A stretch of 32,000 bases of DNA, taken from a bacterium. GTDB lineage: Bacteria; UBP7; UBA6624. The notes beneath the pieces were generated by a model. The model had not been told where the DNA came from. It did no database searches and saw only the letters and a list, made by a program, of their open reading frames with translations. The position numbers were made by a program, and so were the translations under genes. The stretch is from contig PBAU01000010.1 of the NCBI GenBank assembly GCA_002716355.1, positions 60,001-92,000 of the forward strand. Direction: 5' to 3'. Positions 1 through 9,721 of the stretch are shown one piece after another; position 1 is the stretch's first letter; each line of letters opens with the position of its first letter.

Positions 1-2
1 TT

Positions 3-140
3 TTTTCAATCACCGGAAAGGCCAAATATCTCTTAGGTTCAATAGTTCCTGGAATAGAACCTTTTAACAAATACAACTTTCTAATACTTTTACCTTTAAT
101 ATTTACTATGATTAGGCTGTTTGGCAAAAAGGAAACATGA
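3..140 (+). CDS. Possible 3' end of an upstream membrane-protein gene (partial, enters from the window edge)
   Basis: Frame 3 is open from the window edge to TGA at 138-140, which overlaps the next ATG (ATGA at 137-140). The translation ...FNKYNFLILLPLIFTMIRLFGKKET has a hydrophobic tail. The wobble-sharing antisense frame is also open, so the strand is uncertain. Confidence 0.3.
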   Translation, partial: FSITGKAKYLLGSIVPGIEPFNKYNFLILLPLIFTMIRLFGKKET

Positions 141-607
141 ATATATTCGTTCAAATACTAGCAAATAAAGTTTTTGCAAGTGCATGTTTTGGTTCCCTTT
201 TTGGAACCATTATCAAAATCTTGTTGCAAAAAATAAAAATAAATGAAAAATCCTCTATCGCTTATGGCGGCATGCCTTCGGGTCATACTTCTTTTTCAAT
301 TGCTGGAGCTTGGTCTGTTGGAATCAATTATGGCTTTGAATCACCTATATTTGGTGTAGCAATGATATGGGCAACACTTGTTATATTTGATGCATTAGGG
401 ATAAGAAGGAAAACTGGAGAGCATGCAAAAGCAATAAATAGCTTAATGGGTGATCTTTTTGAAAGGAAAGATGCAGAAACGATTAAAAAAGATTTTCAAG
501 AGCTACAAGAGATACTTGGACATACACCAATCGAAGTCACAGCTGGGGTCATAACAGGTATTGGAACTGCCTACCTAGTGAATCAGTTTTGGCCGTTCTG
601 GAATTAA
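137..607 (+). CDS. Divergent PAP2 / acid phosphatase-vanadium haloperoxidase-related membrane protein (DUF212/YuiD-like)
   Basis: 156 aa. Motifs GGMPSGHTS ... FDALGIRRKTGEHA ... GHTPIEV match the divergent-PAP2 family as I remember it. AAGGA lies 5 nt upstream of the ATG. The gene is convergent with rpoC. Confidence 0.8.
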   Translation: MNIFVQILANKVFASACFGSLFGTIIKILLQKIKINEKSSIAYGGMPSGHTSFSIAGAWSVGINYGFESPIFGVAMIWATLVIFDALGIRRKTGEHAKAINSLMGDLFERKDAETIKKDFQELQEILGHTPIEVTAGVITGIGTAYLVNQFWPFWN

Positions 608-636
608 ATCCTAAAAAAATCTAATAAACAATAATA

Positions 637-3600
637 TTAAGAAGAGAAACCTTCCAGGTCTTCATCAAGTACACCAGTTCCAAAAGGTACACCTTCAACT
701 TCATAACTAACATCTTCAAAATTTCTAAATCCAGTACCAACAGGGACCCTTTCACCAACTATAACGTTTTCCTTTAAGCCGTTTAGGAAATCCAATTTTC
801 CTTCTATTGCAGCTTCCATAAGAGCACTTGCTGTCATTTGGAAACTAGCAGCAGAAAGGAATGAGCTACTGTTACTTGCTCCCTTCTTTAGACCTACCAT
901 AATTTGCTCCCAGCTAATTCTTTTTCCGTCAACCGCTTCAATTCTTTTATTGATTGATCTTATTTCGTTTATTGGGACCTTGTCATCAGGCATATATGTA
1001 GAGTCTCCTCCATCTATAACCTTAACGTATCTAAACATCTCTTTCAATATAACCTCAAAATGGATATCAAAAATATCTACACCTTGAGACCTATAAACAT
1101 TTTGAATTTTATCTAAAGCATATGACTGAGCTGAATCGATACCTTGAGCAGATAATATTTCAATAGGGCTTCTCAAACCACTGCTTATTGGATCAGCAAC
1201 ACTCAGTTCATCTCCAACTCTGACCTCAATATCTCGATTCCTTGGAATCAAAATATTTACAGAATCAGATGCAGCTTTTGATTTTCTTTTTGTCTTTTTA
1301 CCTTTTGGAGCTATTGTTACTTCGTAACTATATCTATTACTATCTATTAGCTCTTTAATATTTGTTATAACTCCAGAAATAGGACTTAAAACAGCTCCTT
1401 CTCCCTTGAGGTCAGGCTTAAATCTACTTTGATAAACTTCAAAAAATATCTCAGCCAAAGGAAGTCCTTGCGTAATATCTGAAACATCAGATCCGGCTAC
1501 ACCTCCAGTATGGAAAGTTCTCATTGTCAACTGCGTTCCAGGCTCTCCAATTGATTGTGCAGCTATCACGCCAACAGGATCAGCCATACTTACAGGAGCA
1601 CCTGTTGCCTTGTTGTATCCATAACAACGAGAACAACAACCCCTTGAAGAATTACATGTAATTGGAGACAATAATTTGACTCCCGTCAAGCCTGACTTAG
1701 ATATACTGCTCCATGAGTTCTTTTTAGCCGCTTTAATGCTTCTTTCTCTGATCAAGTCAATTATTTTGTCAACATTATCTTCAGTAATAAGAACTCTTTC
1801 CTCGCAAAAAACATTGCCTTTTTCATCATAAATTTTTTCAGCAGTGTATCTGTGAAGTATCCTTCTCTTAAAAGAACCCCAATCAAAAGGCCCATCTTTT
1901 TCTAACCACTTTGGACCAAAGGTATCAAAAGCTGCATTTTCTTCTTTTTTTGTTTTAAAGTGCGGTCTCTTTGTTATACCTCTAACAGTTCCACAATCCT
2001 CTTCCACAATGTAAAGAGAATGAGCAATATCAACAAGCCTTCTTGTTAAATAACCAGATCTACTGGTTCTTAATGCTGTATCAGTTTGACCCTTTCTTGC
2101 ACCATGCGTAGAGCTGAAGTATTCATGCACTGACAAACCTTCTTTAAAATTGCTCTTAATTGGCGAAAGGATCAGCTTACCAGTTGGGTCAGCCATTAGA
2201 CCTCTCATACCTGCCAATTGTCTTACCTGATCCATTTTCCCTCTTGCTCCAGAATTAATCATTAACATCAAAGAATTATCTTCAGCTTGCTCTCCAGCTT
2301 CTATCAAAAGCTCTGTTATCCTTTCAGTTGCCCTGTTCCAAAGAGCTTCAATTATGACCTCATGGTCAGTTTTTGTAAATCTTCTATCTTTTAACTTCTT
2401 TCCTGAAAGAGGGCTTAAACCATCAGACCATGCTGAAGGATTGTTATTATCTTTTTTGCTTTTTGGCCTACCTAATTCATTAGGTCTAACAAGTTCTAAA
2501 CCTTTAGTTCTAGGATTTTTTTCAGCAAAAGTAAGATTTGTCTTAAGCCTTTGGTTGCACATTCCAGCTAGCTCAGGAGTCAAAATGCCACCATTATAAG
2601 CTTCGGAAATCAAGGACTCAACCTCTTCTGCAAGAGAAATGATTCTTTGTTTCCTTTTAGGTATGATTACATCATCCACTGATAAAGATATGCCAGCAAG
2701 GCTAGATTGTCTAAAGCCAAGATCCTTGATGGAGTCGCATATTTTGATAGCATCAACCTGAGGGCAACTATTCAAAATTCGATTATTGATTTCTCTAAGC
2801 TCTTTAATGTAAACAGGCTTGTCAACAAATCCGATTTCTTTTGGAAGAATTTGATTAAATATAATTCTTCCAACTGTTGTGATGACATAACCAGAACCAT
2901 TTTTATTTCTCACTAAAACAACATCTCTAACAGATAATGGTGTGTTTTCTTTATCGTCAATTTTACGTTGAGATTCATATGCCAACCTAGCCTCACTTGG
3001 AGAGGTAAAAGAAGCTCTTATCCTTGATATTGGCAAGGTGATCTTTTCGACATCCTTAGGCCATTTTGACCTAATGTCTTTGATTGTTTCCTGATTCAAA
3101 AAACTCCATTTACAGTTAACTTTTTTCTTAAATGGAGAATTTGAACTAGACAGATTACGAGTAAAAACATGCCCTATAAAATTTTTCTCTAATTTTTTTG
3201 CACTTGAAAGATCATTTCTTGACAATTCAACTTTTTGCTTAGGGTTGGTTGTCAAGTATGCAAGTCCGAGTATGACATCCTGACTGGGTAAATTAGATGG
3301 AGATCCTGTACCAGGAACAAAAGGATTATTTGTAGACAACATAAGTAATCTAGCTTCGGCTTGAGCACCTTCAGAAAGAGGTAAATGAACAGCCATTTGG
3401 TCACCATCAAAATCAGCATTAAATGGCGTACAGACCAATGGGTGAAGCCTAATCGCAGATTCATCTGTCAAAATAGGCTGAAAAGCTTGTATGCCAAGTC
3501 TATGCAAGGTTGGAGCTCTGTTTAACATAACAACTGAAGAGCTAATAAGTTCAGCCAATATATCCCAAACTTTTCTTCTTTCTTTCGCCCCTTTTTGTAA

Positions 3601-5562
3601 AAGCTCAGATATAGGATCTTTTGAACCAACACCATCAATGAGGCCTTTTTCTTCAAGTACATTTCTTAATTTAGGCTTGTAAAGCTCTAAAGCAATTTTT
3701 TTAGGCAATCCACATTGCCAGAGTTTTAAAGTGGGCCCTGCAACAATTACAGCTCGTGCAGAGTAATCAACTCTTTTTCCAAGAAGGTTTTGTCTAAATC
3801 TACCTTTTTTACCTCTTAGGGTATCAGTTAAAGACTCGAAAGGTCTGCCATTAGGGTCTTTGTCTGATTTCTGACTTCTCTGATTGTCGAATAACGCATC
3901 TACAGACTGTTGCAAAAGACGTTTTTCATTGTTAACAATTACCTCAGGTGCACGAATCTTGACCATATTCTTAAGTCTTTTATTTCTAGTTACAACTCTA
4001 TGATAAAGTTCATTTATATCGCTTGTTGCTTGTCTTCCACCTTCAAGACTGACTATAGGTCTTAAGTCAGGAGGAATAACAGGAAGTGTTTCAAAAACCA
4101 TCCACTCCAATCTGTTTGCCTTTATTTCAGCATACCTTCTGCTTCGAAGAAACTGTTTCATGACTCTTAATCTTTTCTTAACGTCCCTAGCTCGTGTCTT
4201 TGTCATTTTTGACAAAGATGAATCAAGTTTTTTAACTATTGCTGCCAAAGCATCCTCTCCTCCGCTTCCATCTATACGTCTGAGCATCTCTTTGATAGCT
4301 CTACCTCCGGTCTCTATTTTAAAAACCTGCTCTGAGGCAATCCCTCCTCTTTTTTCAATAATTCTGCTTATGTTATCAAGATTTCTTTTTTGGTCACCTG
4401 AAAACATAAAGGCAGACTCACTGTCTCCTTCTTTCAAAGGGTCATAACCCTCAAGCCCCCAAAATAAATCCAAACCATTTACCAAATGCTCTTGAGACAT
4501 TATGGATCTTTCTTGAATTTCATTATATTGTTCTATTTCTTTAATATTTGCTGTCTGGAAAGGACTGTCGCTCTTTAGAAGCTTCCAGAATAAATCATTC
4601 CAATTTTGATCATTTCTTGGATCAATCTTTTCTCCAGAAGGAAGTTTCAAAACCTCTTTAGAAACCCTTTGTTCAATAATTTTTCCTAAAGTTCTCTGAG
4701 TCTTTCCGACTTTAATCTTCAAAAGCTTTAAATGTTCATGATCAACTGAACCTGTCAAATTTTGAATAGTTCTAAAGTCAATCTTGCTATCAGCATCTAA
4801 TATTGACTCTTTAGTTTTTGGGTCAACAAAAGACTCTGCGATCTGAGAACCTCCAATATCCTCAAAAAGCATTTCAACTGCTTTTTTAGTATGCCAATAA
4901 TTTGGTCTATTTGTTCTTGACAACAAAAGTTGTATTTCAGCCTCGACCCAATCCTTCAAGCTGCCACAGTATTCATTCAATCTCATGGACATAACATCTT
5001 GTTTCATGGATAGATCAATATTGTCAAGATCAGAAACAGAAATATTTAAAACTTTGGCTAAATGTTTTGGATCCTGCCATCTAGAAACACCTTTTGCATT
5101 AGGAACCCTGTCTAAAAGATTGCTTTTTTTTGTTTGATCAAGAAAAACAACAGCATATTTCATATAGTAAACAATTTGCTTTGTCGCTCTTTTAGAAAGA
5201 CCTAAAACATTTTGTAATACATTTTTAGGTTGTATGCTTAAAAACCAAGGATGAACAACAGATGCAGCCAATTTAATAGTACCCATCCATCTTCTTCTTA
5301 CTCTTTTGTGGGTTACTGCGACTCCACAAACCTCACACTCTAAATTATCTCTTCTTATATTTTTATACTTGCCACAATAACACTCAAAACTTATCGTTGG
5401 TCCAAATATTTTTTCACAAAATAAGCCATCTGGTTCAGGTCTACCGGTTCGATAATTAATAGTTTCTGGCTGTAAAACCTCACCACCCCAACTTTTAATT
5501 TTTTCTGGATTTGCTATAGAAATTCTTAAAGCTGAAATTTGTTTTTTACTCATTTTCTTCAT
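637..5562 (-). CDS. rpoC: DNA-directed RNA polymerase subunit beta-prime (1641 aa as tracked; more likely starts at Met4, coordinate 5553)
   Basis: Zn finger CYCGKY..CEVCG, PPDLRP, NADFDGDQMAVH, SGARG, GEPGTQLTMRTFHTGG. There is no trigger-loop (SI3-type) insertion. GAGGAGA abuts the first ATG but lies ~10 nt from the second ATG. Confidence 0.99.
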   Translation of the reverse strand: MKKMSKKQISALRISIANPEKIKSWGGEVLQPETINYRTGRPEPDGLFCEKIFGPTISFECYCGKYKNIRRDNLECEVCGVAVTHKRVRRRWMGTIKLAASVVHPWFLSIQPKNVLQNVLGLSKRATKQIVYYMKYAVVFLDQTKKSNLLDRVPNAKGVSRWQDPKHLAKVLNISVSDLDNIDLSMKQDVMSMRLNEYCGSLKDWVEAEIQLLLSRTNRPNYWHTKKAVEMLFEDIGGSQIAESFVDPKTKESILDADSKIDFRTIQNLTGSVDHEHLKLLKIKVGKTQRTLGKIIEQRVSKEVLKLPSGEKIDPRNDQNWNDLFWKLLKSDSPFQTANIKEIEQYNEIQERSIMSQEHLVNGLDLFWGLEGYDPLKEGDSESAFMFSGDQKRNLDNISRIIEKRGGIASEQVFKIETGGRAIKEMLRRIDGSGGEDALAAIVKKLDSSLSKMTKTRARDVKKRLRVMKQFLRSRRYAEIKANRLEWMVFETLPVIPPDLRPIVSLEGGRQATSDINELYHRVVTRNKRLKNMVKIRAPEVIVNNEKRLLQQSVDALFDNQRSQKSDKDPNGRPFESLTDTLRGKKGRFRQNLLGKRVDYSARAVIVAGPTLKLWQCGLPKKIALELYKPKLRNVLEEKGLIDGVGSKDPISELLQKGAKERRKVWDILAELISSSVVMLNRAPTLHRLGIQAFQPILTDESAIRLHPLVCTPFNADFDGDQMAVHLPLSEGAQAEARLLMLSTNNPFVPGTGSPSNLPSQDVILGLAYLTTNPKQKVELSRNDLSSAKKLEKNFIGHVFTRNLSSSNSPFKKKVNCKWSFLNQETIKDIRSKWPKDVEKITLPISRIRASFTSPSEARLAYESQRKIDDKENTPLSVRDVVLVRNKNGSGYVITTVGRIIFNQILPKEIGFVDKPVYIKELREINNRILNSCPQVDAIKICDSIKDLGFRQSSLAGISLSVDDVIIPKRKQRIISLAEEVESLISEAYNGGILTPELAGMCNQRLKTNLTFAEKNPRTKGLELVRPNELGRPKSKKDNNNPSAWSDGLSPLSGKKLKDRRFTKTDHEVIIEALWNRATERITELLIEAGEQAEDNSLMLMINSGARGKMDQVRQLAGMRGLMADPTGKLILSPIKSNFKEGLSVHEYFSSTHGARKGQTDTALRTSRSGYLTRRLVDIAHSLYIVEEDCGTVRGITKRPHFKTKKEENAAFDTFGPKWLEKDGPFDWGSFKRRILHRYTAEKIYDEKGNVFCEERVLITEDNVDKIIDLIRERSIKAAKKNSWSSISKSGLTGVKLLSPITCNSSRGCCSRCYGYNKATGAPVSMADPVGVIAAQSIGEPGTQLTMRTFHTGGVAGSDVSDITQGLPLAEIFFEVYQSRFKPDLKGEGAVLSPISGVITNIKELIDSNRYSYEVTIAPKGKKTKRKSKAASDSVNILIPRNRDIEVRVGDELSVADPISSGLRSPIEILSAQGIDSAQSYALDKIQNVYRSQGVDIFDIHFEVILKEMFRYVKVIDGGDSTYMPDDKVPINEIRSINKRIEAVDGKRISWEQIMVGLKKGASNSSSFLSAASFQMTASALMEAAIEGKLDFLNGLKENVIVGERVPVGTGFRNFEDVSYEVEGVPFGTGVLDEDLEGFSS

Positions 5563-8500
5563 TCTCCTCAGATGTTACTTTTTGCTCAACTTCAGTGTTC
5601 GGATCTTCACCCTCTTCTAAACCAGCTTTTGACTCACTTGAATTTTCATCTTTATCACCTTTGTCTGATATCTCTTCAGAAAATTCATTCTTATCACTAT
5701 GCTGAAAAAACTCTAAATCTAAACCTAAACCTCTTATTTCTTTATCAAGATTGTTAATACTTTCTGGCTTTAATGAAAGATCGATAGCCTCGCCCCTAGT
5801 CATTTTTTTATAAGCTAAGTTTCTTCCTTCAATATCGTCACTCTTGATGGTCAGCATTTCCTGCAAAGCTCTACTTGCGCCGTAAGCTTCCAATGCCCAA
5901 ACTTCCATTTCTCCAAACCTTTGCCCACCTCCTCTAGCCTTTCCGCCCAAAGGTTGTTGTGTTATTAATGAGTAAGGACCAATTGACCTAGCATGAACTT
6001 TTGCTTCAGCCAAATGATTCAACTTCATTATGCTCATTACTCCGACAACAACATCATTTTCCAATTTTGCTCCAGTTTTGCCATCATAAACAACACTCTT
6101 TCCATCTCTTCTGAGTCCATTTTTCTCTAACTCATCCTGAATTGTTTCCATTGAACAACCATTGAAAACAGGAACCTTTGCCCTATTTCCACCATGTTTG
6201 CTTGCCCAACCTAAATGCAACTCCATTAATTGTCCAATATTCATCCTTGAAGGAACACCTAAAGGATTCAATATGACATCAACAGGAGTTCCGTCTGACA
6301 AAAATGGCATGTCTTCTTCAGGTAAGATTGTGCTAACAACACCTTTGTTCCCATGCCTTCCTGCTAACTTGTCACCAACAGTTAATCTTCTTTTTATTGC
6401 AACATAAACATCAACCTTCTGCAAAACACCTGGCCTTAACTCAACACCACTATCCTCTTTTGATAATGTGTCAACACGAATAACGACTCCATGTTCGCCT
6501 GTAGGCATTCTCAAAGAAGTATTTCTCATATCAGAACCCTTTTGATTCATTATTTTCCAAATCAATTTTTCTTCAGGTGTTCTTTCTTTTTCTGGCTTTG
6601 GAGTAAGCTTACCAACAAGCAATTGTCCTTGGCTTACCTCAGTACCTACTCGCACTATCCCATCTCTTGTTAAGTTTGATAATAAAGAATCATCTTCATT
6701 TGGAATATCAGCTGTGATAACCTCTTCTCCTAATCTTGTCCTTCTTGCAACACATTCAAATTTTTCGATCTGTACACTATCAAGAAGACCAAGCTTAGCA
6801 ACTCTTTCACTTACAACAATTGAATCTTCAAAATTGTAGCCGTCTAAACTCATTAAAGCGATAGTTAAATTTTGCCCCAATGCTAATTCACCATTCTTAA
6901 TACCAGGCCCATCAGTAAGTATTGAATCTTTTTTAACTTTATCCCCAGATTTAACAACAGGCTTCTGATCAATAACAGTGCTTTGGTTGCTTCTAGCATA
7001 CCTTCTTAAAGAAAGAACATGTTTTTTTGATTCCTTTCCGCTTCCATCAACAGCTTGAGCTTTATCATACTCAATTGTTATCTTGCTTCCCTCATCAGGA
7101 TAATCAGGATCAGGAGAAACGCTTACAACCTTGCCTGAACCTTTTGCTTTTAAAACATAACCACTTGAATCAGCTGCTGCAGATTCCATTCCGGTAAAAA
7201 CACGTGCAGGTGATGGATTTAATAATGGACAAGATTGCCTTAACATGTTTGCACCCATTAAAGCTCTTGTTGCATCATCATGCTCCAAAAAAGGTATGAG
7301 AGAAGCCGAAACACCTACTAGTTGATCATTGCTGTAATCTAAATGTGTTACCTTTGATGAATCAATCCATTGAGGCTCTCTTCTATGTCTTGCGCTAACC
7401 CTGAAAGATTCTCCTTGGTTTCTATCCTTGTGGGATGGTCCTGAAATATTTCCTTTTTGATCTACAAAAACACATGAAGAAGCAACATAGAAGTCTTCTT
7501 CTTCTAAAGCGTTAAAAAATTGCACATCTTTTTCCTTTTTCGGAAATTTAACATTACCATTTTCAACAGGTATATATGGAGTTTCAATAAATCCTTTCTC
7601 GTCTATTCTTGCCCATAAAGATAAACTTGTTATCAAGCCAACGTTTGCACCTTCTGGAGTTTCAATAGGGCAAATTCTGCCATAATGAGTTTTATGAACA
7701 TCCCTAACTTCAAAACCTGTTCTCTTTCTAGAAAGACCGCCAGGACCCATTGCTGAAAGTTTTCTTTTGTGCACAAGTTCTGAAAATGGATTTGTTTGAT
7801 CTAAGAATTGAACAAGTTCACCAGTGCTAAAGAATCTATCTATTGGCCTTAAAACTAATTTTGGAACTATCAAAGTTTGTGGTGTTTGTGTTTCGCCATC
7901 TTGGGTTCTTGATTTTTCTCTCGCCATTTTAACCATTCCCATTAAGCCTTTTTTCAGTTCTCCAGCAATCATCTCTCCAACACCCCTAACCCTTCTTATT
8001 CCAAGATGATCAATATCATCAGAATCTTCTTCTTCTCTAACCTTGTTTATCAAAAAGTCAATACCTCTAACAACATCCTGAATCGTTAATCTTTGATGAG
8101 ACAGTGGAACATCTTCGTTTTGAAAAGTTTGGTTTATTTGATATCTTCCGACTTCAGAGAGATCGTAATATTCACCTTCAAAAAATCTTTTCCATATAAA
8201 ATCAAGAGCCGCTTCGGAAGAAGGCACTTGATCATTAGGCCTGAAATTCAAATAAATCTCTTTTATGCATTCATCTCTGCTTAGAAGGCCTGAGCTCATC
8301 CCATCTTCAAAACATTTCTGAAAAGCCCAAGGCGAATCTTCATCTTTTCCTACCTTTACATCAGGAAAACTTGAAACCTCTAATTCAACATAAGGCTCTT
8401 TTCCATCGTTTGCGGGAAGATATTGAATAGTTTCAACATGATCTTTTGTTAAGGTCTGACCTTTCTTAACAATGATATTTCCTTCATCATCCTTGATCGA

Positions 8501-9280
8501 AGATCTTGCTTTCCATCCCTCACAAACTTTAACAAACTGCTTTCTGTAGGAAGCAACTTTTTTTCTCTTGTCTATATTTTCTTCACTTTGCTTAGAAGCT
8601 TTAGACTCACTAACAAAAACAAGTTCACCAGGGTGTTTCTTGCCTTTTACAGTCCTGTATTCAAAACCTAAAGCTTTCAAAAATGTTGCAAGATGGAATT
8701 TTCTAAACTTGCCTAATCTAATCCAGAATCTATTTCTTGAATCCAGGTTAAACTCCATCCAATTACCTCTAGAAGGAACAAACTTCGCAACATTGTTTTC
8801 GTTTTTTTGATTTACATTTTCTCTTTTAAAAAATATACCAGGACTTCTAAGCAATTGAAAAACACAAGTTTTTTCAATTCCATTAATAATAAAAGTAGCG
8901 CTTGGGGTCATTTTTGGAACATTTCCAATCCTTAACTCTTGAACTTTAAACTCTCCTGTCTCTTCTCTGTAAAGCTGAACTGGAATAGATAAAGAAGTTG
9001 CATAAGTTTTTCCTAACTTCCTACAATCCTCTATTGATTCATCAGGATCATCTAACTTAAAAGAAGGCATCCCTTCTGGAAGAGAAAGTGTGACTTTCTT
9101 ATCTTCAAAAGTTACAGGGAAAACCTCCCTCATAACTCTATCAATACCTATAGTTGTAAAGTACTCGTAACTTTTCTTTTGATGTCGAATCAAATCATGT
9201 TTGATTGCATCTGTAAATGTTTCCTGCACTGAAAAATCTTTTATTTCAGCAGCAGGAACCCTAGAATCATTTTTTGACAT
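5546..9280 (-). CDS. rpoB: DNA-directed RNA polymerase subunit beta (1244 aa, with a 52-aa acidic C-terminal tail)
   Basis: Hallmarks are present: GPGGLSRKRTGFEVRDVH, PFLEHDDATRALMGANM, GRHGNKGV, GGQRFGEMEVWALEAYGA. AGAGGGG Shine-Dalgarno lies upstream of the ATG. Confidence 0.99.
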   Translation of the reverse strand: MSKNDSRVPAAEIKDFSVQETFTDAIKHDLIRHQKKSYEYFTTIGIDRVMREVFPVTFEDKKVTLSLPEGMPSFKLDDPDESIEDCRKLGKTYATSLSIPVQLYREETGEFKVQELRIGNVPKMTPSATFIINGIEKTCVFQLLRSPGIFFKRENVNQKNENNVAKFVPSRGNWMEFNLDSRNRFWIRLGKFRKFHLATFLKALGFEYRTVKGKKHPGELVFVSESKASKQSEENIDKRKKVASYRKQFVKVCEGWKARSSIKDDEGNIIVKKGQTLTKDHVETIQYLPANDGKEPYVELEVSSFPDVKVGKDEDSPWAFQKCFEDGMSSGLLSRDECIKEIYLNFRPNDQVPSSEAALDFIWKRFFEGEYYDLSEVGRYQINQTFQNEDVPLSHQRLTIQDVVRGIDFLINKVREEEDSDDIDHLGIRRVRGVGEMIAGELKKGLMGMVKMAREKSRTQDGETQTPQTLIVPKLVLRPIDRFFSTGELVQFLDQTNPFSELVHKRKLSAMGPGGLSRKRTGFEVRDVHKTHYGRICPIETPEGANVGLITSLSLWARIDEKGFIETPYIPVENGNVKFPKKEKDVQFFNALEEEDFYVASSCVFVDQKGNISGPSHKDRNQGESFRVSARHRREPQWIDSSKVTHLDYSNDQLVGVSASLIPFLEHDDATRALMGANMLRQSCPLLNPSPARVFTGMESAAADSSGYVLKAKGSGKVVSVSPDPDYPDEGSKITIEYDKAQAVDGSGKESKKHVLSLRRYARSNQSTVIDQKPVVKSGDKVKKDSILTDGPGIKNGELALGQNLTIALMSLDGYNFEDSIVVSERVAKLGLLDSVQIEKFECVARRTRLGEEVITADIPNEDDSLLSNLTRDGIVRVGTEVSQGQLLVGKLTPKPEKERTPEEKLIWKIMNQKGSDMRNTSLRMPTGEHGVVIRVDTLSKEDSGVELRPGVLQKVDVYVAIKRRLTVGDKLAGRHGNKGVVSTILPEEDMPFLSDGTPVDVILNPLGVPSRMNIGQLMELHLGWASKHGGNRAKVPVFNGCSMETIQDELEKNGLRRDGKSVVYDGKTGAKLENDVVVGVMSIMKLNHLAEAKVHARSIGPYSLITQQPLGGKARGGGQRFGEMEVWALEAYGASRALQEMLTIKSDDIEGRNLAYKKMTRGEAIDLSLKPESINNLDKEIRGLGLDLEFFQHSDKNEFSEEISDKGDKDENSSESKAGLEEGEDPNTEVEQKVTSEENEENE

Positions 9281-9347
9281 AGCAAACCCCTCTTATATAA
9301 CTAACAAACGCAAAAAGCGCAAAAAACTACAATTTTATTAAAAATTA

Positions 9348-9719
9348 TTACTCGATCTCAACATCAGCGCCAGCTTCTGCTAATACTGATTTAATTTCCT
9401 CAGCTTCAGATTCGGAAATACCTTCTTTAACTGAGACCGGAGCCTTGTCAACAAGTTCTTTTGCTTCTTTAAGACCAAGTCCTAAAGCACTTTTCACAGC
9501 TTTAATAACAGCAATTTTTTGCTGTCCAGCAGCTTTAAGTGTTACCTTAACGGTTGACGGTCCTGAGTCACCACCTCCATCATCAGATGCAGCCGGAGCA
9601 GCAGCCATTGCCACTGGAGAACCTTGAACATTAAATTTTTCTTTTAATGCTTCAACTAGCTCTACTAACTCGCTAACCTTCATTTTTTCGATACTTTCAA
9701 TGAGTTTATCTTTGCTCAT
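9348..9719 (-). CDS. rplL: 50S ribosomal protein L7/L12
   Basis: 123 aa with an N-terminal dimerisation helix, an Ala/Gly/Asp hinge, and a C-terminal domain ...[12 protein letters not shown]...[17 protein letters not shown] Shine-Dalgarno is present. Confidence 0.97.
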   Translation of the reverse strand: MSKDKLIESIEKMKVSELVELVEALKEKFNVQGSPVAMAAAPAASDDGGGDSGPSTVKVTLKAAGQQKIAVIKAVKSALGLGLKEAKELVDKAPVSVKEGISESEAEEIKSVLAEAGADVEIE

Positions 9720-9721
9720 AA

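Noticed and set aside
1-136. Minus-strand reading (...NIKGKSIRKLYLLKGSIPGTIEPKRYLAFPVIEK) as the 5' end of a gene leaving the window.
   Set aside because: It has no ATG/GTG start with a Shine-Dalgarno site, and it is the wobble-sharing shadow frame of the plus-strand ORF that ends in an ATGA overlap with the next gene. I kept only the plus-strand call, at low confidence.
608-636. Expected bidirectional terminator between the convergent PAP2-like gene and rpoC.
   Set aside because: The 29-nt spacer is A/T-rich with no stem-loop that I can find. No terminator can be supported from sequence.
2354-9280. Many 60-95 aa plus-strand ORFs, plus one alternative-frame minus-strand ORF (3252-3464), inside rpoC and rpoB.
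   Set aside because: These are antisense or shadow frames within very well supported long genes. Their leucine/serine/phenylalanine-rich composition is typical of reverse-complement reading, and they have no independent signals.
9281-9347. Possible transcriptional attenuator or terminator in the rplL-rpoB spacer, as in E. coli.
   Set aside because: Only a 3-bp GC stem (cgc-aaaaa-gcg) and AT-only pairings are visible. There is no credible hairpin followed by a U-tract.
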